Source: an uncultured Gemmatimonadales bacterium (GTDB lineage: Bacteria > Gemmatimonadota > Gemmatimonadetes > Longimicrobiales > Gaopeijiaceae). Taken from it: DNA of 64,000 nucleotides. Where the stretch lies: assembly GCA_963809895.1 (NCBI GenBank), contig CAWELD010000010.1, positions 256,001-320,000 of the forward strand. Reading direction: 5' to 3'. Position numbers and translations under genes: made by a program. This document shows positions 57,341 through 64,000 of this stretch, in pieces. Every line of letters starts with the position of its first letter. The stretch's first letter is position 1. The notes beneath the pieces were generated by a model, which made no database searches, was not told the DNA's origin, and saw only the letters and a list, made by a program, of their open reading frames with translations.

Positions 57341-58410
57341 GTCACTCTCCCTTCGGGCGTCGACGCGACCTCGGCCGTCGCGGCGCGATGCGGGTCCGGC
57401 CCTCCCCGTCTCAGCCGGTGCAGACCCCACGCCGCGAGCACGGCCGACCCGCTGAGAAAATAGTACAGCAGGTTCATGGGGATCACGCGCAGGGCGAAGC
57501 TCCAGCCCCGCAGCCGGGCGAACCAGCGGTACAGCTCCAGGTTGAGGAGCACGACCGCGGCGAGAGCCGCCAGCGCGCCGACCGCCCAGCGCCCGTCCCA
57601 GGTGACCAATGCCACGCCCACCAGCGCGCACGCGAATCCCACCAGCGCCGTCTTGAGCTTCTCCACCGGACGGACGTTCAGACTGTCTTCGGCCCGGGAC
57701 CCCCGCTCGATGAGCTTGAGCATCCACGGTACGCCGCGATCGAAGAAGTCGGTGCGCACGATACCCCGGAAGGTCCATCGCTTGAGGTGTCGTCCCTGGA
57801 TGTCCGGATCCAGCACGATGCACCCTCCGGCGTCACGCAGCCGGTAGCCCAGCTCGATGTCCTCGATCTGGGGCCGCGGAAACGCCTGCACGTCGAAGCC
57901 GCCCACCGCCAGAAAGGCGTCCCGCCGAACCGCGCCGCATCCCGCCCAGAACGTCATGGCTTCGCCGGCGCCTCGCAGGTGCACGTAGCGGTGATAGAGA
58001 TTGCGGTACTGGGACAGGAACGTCGGATCGCCGGGGTCGTCGTCGTAGGCACCGAAGACGCCGTGCACGGCCGGCCGGTCGCGAAAGGCCTCCAGCATGC
58101 GGGACAGGGCATCCGCGTGCACGCAGACGTCGGCGTCCACGAAGGCCAGGATCTCGCCCCGAGCCGCATCGGCGCCGAGGTTGCGCGCATTCCCGGGGCC
58201 CCTGGGGCCACCTTCGACCCGCAGCACACGGTCGGCCCAGGCGGCGGCGGTCTCCGGTGTGTCGTCGTCGCTCCCGTCGTCCACGACGATGACCTCCCAC
58301 GATCCCTGCTCCAGACCGGTGCTCCCCCGGATCGCTCCGAGGCAGGCCGGCAGAAGATGGCTGGCACGGAAGGCCGGCACGATGACCGAGAGCTGCAGGG
58401 GGGCGCTCAC
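57337..58410 (-). CDS. Glycosyltransferase family 2 with C-terminal TM helices
   Basis: LSVIVPA, VDDGSDD, FVDAD, IEDIELGYRL. Confidence 0.92.
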   Translation of the reverse strand: MSAPLQLSVIVPAFRASHLLPACLGAIRGSTGLEQGSWEVIVVDDGSDDDTPETAAAWADRVLRVEGGPRGPGNARNLGADAARGEILAFVDADVCVHADALSRMLEAFRDRPAVHGVFGAYDDDPGDPTFLSQYRNLYHRYVHLRGAGEAMTFWAGCGAVRRDAFLAVGGFDVQAFPRPQIEDIELGYRLRDAGGCIVLDPDIQGRHLKRWTFRGIVRTDFFDRGVPWMLKLIERGSRAEDSLNVRPVEKLKTALVGFACALVGVALVTWDGRWAVGALAALAAVVLLNLELYRWFARLRGWSFALRVIPMNLLYYFLSGSAVLAAWGLHRLRRGGPDPHRAATAEVASTPEGRVT

Positions 58411-59162
58411 GGTGCGCGTCCGGCCACGACGCCCGACAGGGCCGCGCGCACGCGCCGCCCCGCCCGCCGGAACGCCAGATAGCGCCCAAAACCGGGACTC
58501 CCCCACTCCTCCAGGCGCGCGGGGTTCCGGAAGTACACCATGTCCAGCCGGGGGAGTCGCAGGAGATGGTCGTCGCACCCCACGGTGCGGAGCTCGGTGG
58601 TCACGGCGAGACGGTGGAATTCCTCCACCACCCGGACCACCCGCTCGTCGACGGCACCGTAGGGATAGCAGAAACTCTCCGGCCGCATGCCGAGCTCCCG
58701 CTCGAGATCTGCCGCCGCCCCGCCCACCTCGTCCCGGATCTGCTCGGTGGACAGACTCGTCAGCCGGGGATGCGTCCGGGTGTGGGAGCCCAGCTCCAGG
58801 CCGGCGCGCGCCAGGTCTTCCAGGTCGCGCCAGCCCAGGACCGGCAACTCCGGGATGCCGGGTTCGTCCCGCCCATCCCAGCGATTCGAGGTGCCCGTGC
58901 GCTGGGTCACCACGAAGACGGTGGCCGGTAGCCCCAGATCTTCCAGGAGCGGGGCCGCCATGTCTCGCACACTCTCGAGACCATCGTCGAAGGTGAGAGC
59001 GACCGCGTCATCTGCGGCGGGAGCCCGCGCCAGCTCACCCAGCGGCAGCACACGTGGGCCGCGGCGTGCCAGCCACTCCATCTGCCGCCGGAAGGCCTCC
59101 GCATCGATGGACACCGGCGAGCCGCTGGCGTCGATGGAGTGAAAGGTCAGGATGGCGCGCAC
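58407..59162 (-). CDS. Polysaccharide deacetylase (CE4/NodB-like)
   Basis: LTFDDG, GSHTRTH, FCYPYG. Confidence 0.9.
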   Translation of the reverse strand: MRAILTFHSIDASGSPVSIDAEAFRRQMEWLARRGPRVLPLGELARAPAADDAVALTFDDGLESVRDMAAPLLEDLGLPATVFVVTQRTGTSNRWDGRDEPGIPELPVLGWRDLEDLARAGLELGSHTRTHPRLTSLSTEQIRDEVGGAAADLERELGMRPESFCYPYGAVDERVVRVVEEFHRLAVTTELRTVGCDDHLLRLPRLDMVYFRNPARLEEWGSPGFGRYLAFRRAGRRVRAALSGVVAGRAP

Positions 59163-59175
59163 GATGGTCTCCGGC

Positions 59176-60441
59176 CTAGGCGGTGGGGAGGTCGGAGAGG
59201 GCGGAGACGATTTCCCCGCGGCCCAGGCGCGCCGCGGTGCGCCGGACGATGTCCAGGTATCGCGGCACAACCACACGTTCGGACCAACGCTCGCGAAAGG
59301 AGCGGGCCGCCGCGCTGGAGAGCTCGCGGCGATGTTGCGGATCAGTCTGAATGCGGTGCATGGCCTGCAGGAGGTCCTCGGGCTCATCGAAGAGCGCGCC
59401 GCCGCCGGAAGCCTCGATGATCTCGGGGAAGGGACCCAGGCGCCTGGCCAGCACGGGCGTCCCCTCGCGGAAGGCCTCGATCAGGACCATTCCGAATGTC
59501 TCGAAGCACACGGACGGAACCACGAGCGCCAGGGCGTGGGCGTAGTACCGTCGGAGCTCGTCCGCCGGCACCCTGCCCACGAAACGCACGCCGGGTATTT
59601 CCCGGGCCCCCGCACGCGCCTCCTCGTCGCCGGACCCGTCTCCGGCCACGAGCAGATCGGCGTCTCGATACCGTTCGAACAGCGGAAGGATGGTATGGAG
59701 CCCCTTGATCTCGGCCAGGCGACCCACAAACAGGAAGTAGGGGCGGTCGTGCGGCGAGTCCGGGTCCGGCGGCGAGTCGGGTCCGTGCTCCGGGAGACAG
59801 GGGTTCAGGACCTCCATGGGATGCGAGAACCCGAACTCACGATGCTTGTCGCGACTGAACTCACTCAGAGCGATAAACGTGTCTACCTGGTCGAGCTGCC
59901 GCTGCAGGTAGCCCGTGTAGCGATAGAGTTGCGGAGGCCGACGATAGTGGAGCTGGCAGCGAATGCACTCGCGGCCGGTGCATCGCTCGCGCCCGTGCCG
60001 CCAGAGGGCGTGCATCGGGCAGACGAGCCAGTGCTCGTGGGCCATGTACAAGCGCAGGGCGCTCTGGCCATAGGAGAGGATTCCGGGGCCGCCCACCAGC
60101 GAGACGTTGTGGAAGTTCACGACGTCGAAATCTCCCTCCTCCATGACCCGCCGGATCGCCCGGTCCTGGACCAGGGGCCGGCCGGTCTGGTGCGTGATCA
60201 GCACCGAGAGGCGCGGAGTGGCGCTTTGTAACGTGACGACCTCCAGACCGCTGGGCTCATCCGGCGCTTCGGGATCGTCGCCTTCGTGGAGCACGTGGTA
60301 GGCGTCGGCATCGTGCAGGACGGTCACCCGGTGGCCGAGCCCGACGAGTCCCCGGGCCAGTCGCTGAATGCTGATCCCGTCTCCGCCGAAGTTGTGCGGC
60401 GGGTAGAACGTCGTGACGAAGCAGAAGCGAAGGGGTCTCAC
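59176..60441 (-). CDS. Glycosyltransferase family 4 with Cys-rich insert
   Basis: FVGRLAEIKG, ETFGMVLIEAF; CPMH...CTGRECIRC insert. Confidence 0.9.
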   Translation of the reverse strand: MRPLRFCFVTTFYPPHNFGGDGISIQRLARGLVGLGHRVTVLHDADAYHVLHEGDDPEAPDEPSGLEVVTLQSATPRLSVLITHQTGRPLVQDRAIRRVMEEGDFDVVNFHNVSLVGGPGILSYGQSALRLYMAHEHWLVCPMHALWRHGRERCTGRECIRCQLHYRRPPQLYRYTGYLQRQLDQVDTFIALSEFSRDKHREFGFSHPMEVLNPCLPEHGPDSPPDPDSPHDRPYFLFVGRLAEIKGLHTILPLFERYRDADLLVAGDGSGDEEARAGAREIPGVRFVGRVPADELRRYYAHALALVVPSVCFETFGMVLIEAFREGTPVLARRLGPFPEIIEASGGGALFDEPEDLLQAMHRIQTDPQHRRELSSAAARSFRERWSERVVVPRYLDIVRRTAARLGRGEIVSALSDLPTA

Positions 60442-61616
60442 GCCGCCGCCTCCCGGAGGGCCTCCAACGCCACCTCCGCCGCGCGGGCCCAGCTCAGCTC
60501 CGCGGCGCGGCATCGGGCGGTGTCGCCCATGCGATCCCGCAGGGCGGCATCGGTCAGGAGGGCCACCATGGCTTCGCTCGCCGCCGTCACGTCGGCGGGT
60601 GCAACGAAGAACCCGCCGCCTTCGAGGAGCGAGGGCAGCGGGCTGGCCGTGGTCGCTACCACGGCACACCCGCATGCGGCCGCTTCCACGGCGGGCAGCC
60701 CGAAGCCCTCGCTGGCGGACAGCAGCAGGAGCCCCCGCGCGCCGGAGTGCAGGTCGCGGAGGTCCTCGTCGGGCAGGTACCCGGCCCAGTGGACCAGCGC
60801 CTCGGTACCGGCGTCGGCCACCGCCTGTCGGACCTCGTCGAGATGCGAGTGGAAGCCGTCTTCGGACGTCGGGCCAACCAACACGAGATGCGGGGGAGGC
60901 TCCGGGGCCGCCTGGGCGACCCGGGCGTGGGCCCGCACGATGGCGTCCACGTGCTTGTGCGGGTTGAAGCCTCCGACGTAGGTGAACCAGGGCGCGCCCA
61001 CGGGGACTCCGACGCGGCGGGCCGCGGCGGCGATCCGCGCGGCATCCTCCTGCGGGCGGTAGACCTGTGCCGGAGCCTCCACCGCCACGCGCATCCGCTC
61101 GGGGGCCACGCCGAGAACCTCGACGATCTCGTCGCGGGCGAAGTCGGACACGGTGAGCACGAGCGTGGATTGGCGCAGAGCGAGCCAGACCTTGGCGCGC
61201 CAGAACATGCGGGCCCGCAGGCTCGGCAGGGTGAGGTGGGGGTAGCGCTCCGCGATGGCGTCGTGGATGGCAACCACGGTGCGCTGGCCGAGTGGCAGCG
61301 GGAAATAGGTGTACACCGAGGGCGAGAAGAACACGTCGGGCTTCTCGGCCCCCACGGCGCGCGTGAAGCGCAGCATGTCGCCCGGGGATCGATTGCTGTC
61401 GGCCGAGGCAGCCTCGGTAGGGGACCGGTGCTGGCGCACCCGGACGGCCCGGACGTTGGCCTGCCCGAGGTCGAAGGTCTCGGCCGCGCGGTCATCGAGA
61501 AAGAAGACGAACTCGTCGTCCGGTGCGGCCGCGACCATGGCCGCCAGGAGCTCCCGGGCGTAGCGGCCGTAGCCCCGCGCATTGGCCCAGCACGCCGCAT
61601 CGATGCCGATGCGCAT
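60438..61616 (-). CDS. Glycosyltransferase family 4
   Basis: MRIGIDA, GYGRY, SEGFGLPAVEAAACG. Confidence 0.9.
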   Translation of the reverse strand: MRIGIDAACWANARGYGRYARELLAAMVAAAPDDEFVFFLDDRAAETFDLGQANVRAVRVRQHRSPTEAASADSNRSPGDMLRFTRAVGAEKPDVFFSPSVYTYFPLPLGQRTVVAIHDAIAERYPHLTLPSLRARMFWRAKVWLALRQSTLVLTVSDFARDEIVEVLGVAPERMRVAVEAPAQVYRPQEDAARIAAAARRVGVPVGAPWFTYVGGFNPHKHVDAIVRAHARVAQAAPEPPPHLVLVGPTSEDGFHSHLDEVRQAVADAGTEALVHWAGYLPDEDLRDLHSGARGLLLLSASEGFGLPAVEAAACGCAVVATTASPLPSLLEGGGFFVAPADVTAASEAMVALLTDAALRDRMGDTARCRAAELSWARAAEVALEALREAAA

Positions 61617-61619
61617 GGC

Positions 61620-63125
61620 TCACCCCGCCGCCGTTACGGACGACGCGTCGCCGGCGGCGTCGGCGGGACGCTCGAGACGCTGCTCCTCGTGATACTCGAA
61701 GTCGGTGTTCACCGCCCAGATGTGGTGCGACGCGCCTTCCATGTTCCAGACGGCCATCATGGCCGTGAGCATGGAGTGGTCCTGATTGTTGTACTTGTGC
61801 ATCCCGTTACGCCCCACGGTGTGGAGGTTCGGGATGGGGTCGATCCAGCTCCGGATCGTGTCGACGTGCCCCTTGTAGTCCGCATCGTAGATCGGATACG
61901 CCTTGGGCATGCGAATGACGGTACCGTCCTCGACCCGAGCGTCGCCGGCCACGTCGAGCTCCGCCAGCTCGCGGGTCGCCAGCTCCACCAGGTCGTCGTC
62001 GTCCGAGGTCCACAGGCCGTCGCCCTCGAAGCAGAAGTACTCGAGCCCCAGGCAGGTCTTGCCGGGCTCGGGCACCATGGCTCGACTCCAGTTGTTGAAG
62101 TTCTGGATGCGTCCGACCCGCACGCCGGGCGTATGGACGTAGATCCAGTTGTCCGGGAACAGATCCTCCTGATCCATGATGAGCGCCACGACCAGGAAAT
62201 CGCGGTAGCGGAGTCCGTCCGCGGCCTGCAGCACCCCTTCGGGCGCGCTGGGGCTCAGCGAGCGTACCAACGTCCGCAGGGGCATGGACGAGATCACGTG
62301 GTCGCAGGCCACGACGCGCTCACCCTCGGGGGATCGCACCTCGACGCCAGTGACCTGGCCGTCCTGGACCCGCACCCGATCCACGTAGTGCTCGAGGAGC
62401 ACCTCGTTACCCATCGTCCGGATCTTGTCCGCGCACACCTCCCACATCTGTCCCGGTCCCAATCTCGGGTACTGGAACTCGTTGATCAGCGTCTTGATCT
62501 TCGTGGAGCGCTTGTTCAACGAGGCCGCCGACAGGATGGCCCGGTAGAGCGAGAGCCCTTTGATGCGCTGCGCGGCCCATTCGGCCCGGATCTCCGTGCA
62601 CGGGATTCCCCAGACCTTCTCCGTGTAGGTCTTGAAGAAGATCTCGTAGAGCTTCTTGCCGAAGCGGTTCGTGACCCACTGCTCGAAGTTCTCTTCCTCG
62701 GCGTACGGCCAGAAGTGCCAGCGCAGGTAGCTGAGCCCGATGACGAACGCCTTCCAGGGGCCCAGCCCCAGCAGGGCATTGGCGGGCTTGAGCGGATAGT
62801 GGAAGAACTTGCCGTCGTAGTGGATCCGCGACAGACGGGGGACGGAAATGAACTCGTCTTCCAGGATCTCGTGCCAGAGGGCTTCCACCGGCTCGATCTT
62901 GGTGAAGAAGCGGTGGCCGCCGATGTCGAAACGGAATCCCCGGTACTGCGCGGTCTGCGAGATCCCGCCGAGGATGTCCTCGCCCTCGAACACGGTCGTG
63001 CGGATGCCCCGCTTCGACAGCAGGTAGGCCGCCGTGAGACCCGCGGGGCCACCGCCGACCACCACGACGTGATCATGGGGTTGGAGCGGACGGACCGAGC
63101 GGGTCTCGGGGAGGGAGGCTTTCAT
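61620..63125 (-). CDS. FAD-dependent oxidoreductase (protoporphyrinogen oxidase / UDP-galactopyranose mutase-like fold)
   Basis: GGGPAGL, FDIGGHRFFTK, GRNGMHKYNNQDHSMLTAM. Confidence 0.85.
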   Translation of the reverse strand: MKASLPETRSVRPLQPHDHVVVVGGGPAGLTAAYLLSKRGIRTTVFEGEDILGGISQTAQYRGFRFDIGGHRFFTKIEPVEALWHEILEDEFISVPRLSRIHYDGKFFHYPLKPANALLGLGPWKAFVIGLSYLRWHFWPYAEEENFEQWVTNRFGKKLYEIFFKTYTEKVWGIPCTEIRAEWAAQRIKGLSLYRAILSAASLNKRSTKIKTLINEFQYPRLGPGQMWEVCADKIRTMGNEVLLEHYVDRVRVQDGQVTGVEVRSPEGERVVACDHVISSMPLRTLVRSLSPSAPEGVLQAADGLRYRDFLVVALIMDQEDLFPDNWIYVHTPGVRVGRIQNFNNWSRAMVPEPGKTCLGLEYFCFEGDGLWTSDDDDLVELATRELAELDVAGDARVEDGTVIRMPKAYPIYDADYKGHVDTIRSWIDPIPNLHTVGRNGMHKYNNQDHSMLTAMMAVWNMEGASHHIWAVNTDFEYHEEQRLERPADAAGDASSVTAAG

Positions 63126-63135
63126 GGGTGCGGTG

Positions 63136-64000
63136 TCAGCAGACGCGCTGAAGAGCGTCGCCGGGGCCGAAGGCGGCGCCGACCGCCTCACCGAAGCCCC
63201 AGGCGGCGGCGAAGAACGCGAGCAGGGGAAGGCCCTCGAGCACATCGCGGCGCAGCTCCGGACGGGTCCAACCCCTCCGGACAATGCGCACCAGAAGGAC
63301 CGCGGGCAACAGGAGCGAGCCCAGGGCTCGGAGGAGGCGGGCGACCCATCCCTCGAGACGCCGCCCACATGCCTGCATAGGAGCGAGAGAAGAGGAAGCG
63401 CTGCGCTGCGTAGTCGCGGGCCCGAGGGTAGTGCATGCGATGCGAGACCCGGATCTCGGGGCGGCATCGCAGTTCGATGCCCGCGTCGCGCATCGCGTCG
63501 TGCAGATGGCCCTCCCAGCGGTCCTCGGCCACGACCTTCCGGAACCGTTCCAGGACCTCCCGGTCGTAGACGACGTTGTTTCCGGTCACCGACGAGCAGG
63601 TGCCCCGGCGAATGGGCGCCAGCAGGTGTCCGTACTCGCACAGGAACGCCAGACGGTCCACGCGCGTGTCGGTGGCGCCGTTGACCACCGAGCCCCCGAC
63701 GACCGCGTGGCCATCGCTGCGAGCCTCGAGGAGGGCCGAGGCCCAGTCCGGCGGCACGATCACGTGGTCCTCCACCACCGCGACGGATGGGGCCGTCGCA
63801 CGATCGAAGCCCATCCGCCGCATCGTGGGAATGCCGGTGCTCGGAGGCACGGGCAGGACGCGCACCTGCGGAAAGCGGCCAGCCATGGCATTCTGCACGG
63901 CCGCGCCGCAGCGCTCGGGAACCAGGATCTCCAGCTGGAAGCCTCCTCGTTGGGCGTGCAGCGCGGCGAGACAATCGCGAAGGCAGGTGAGCCCGTTGAC
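63136..64000 (-). pseudogene. Divergent GT2-like protein (third paralog); 5' end outside window, frameshift near 63350
   Basis: The frame is open from 64000 (VNGLTCLRDCL...VVEDH...VVGGSV...CEYG...GNNVVY). The C-terminal WGFGEAVG...GPG segment lies in another frame. Confidence 0.65.

Noticed and set aside
1..64000. CRISPR arrays, tRNA/rRNA, transposases, integrases, prophage genes
   Set aside because: I saw no spaced repeats or diagnostic motifs by eye, and intergenic gaps are short. A covariance-model scan was not possible.

Overview
This is a 64-kb, very GC-rich bacterial chromosomal segment; the gene repertoire is compatible with Gemmatimonadota, which is an inference. The left ~35 kb is mostly housekeeping: ctaA, an ABC exporter, corA, an acyl-CoA dehydrogenase, a patatin, peptidases, apbE, sucA, yfiH/pgeF, a YhaO/YhaN-like nuclease-ATPase pair and a large NAD-glutamate dehydrogenase. 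The right ~29 kb is a surface-glycan biosynthesis and tailoring cluster. It holds a flippase, about 10 glycosyltransferase-like genes including a GT10, an amidotransferase, an acyltransferase, a deacetylase, a methyltransferase and two radical SAM enzymes, with mtnA and a fused aldolase/SDR embedded in it. The main finding is a hidden OsmC-family selenoprotein candidate (19172-19642): an in-frame UGA sits at the catalytic Cys position, is followed by a SECIS-like hairpin, and the gene is coupled to a 4-Cys mini-protein downstream of yfiH. Other highlights are an M28 peptidase that appears to have lost its catalytic core by an in-frame deletion, a basic orphan protein with strong expression signals (candidate nucleoid protein), a possible SAM by-product salvage module inside the glycan cluster, and a structured 5' leader. 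Three single-base frameshifts suggest assembly indels. I found no rRNA, tRNA, CRISPR array or transposase.
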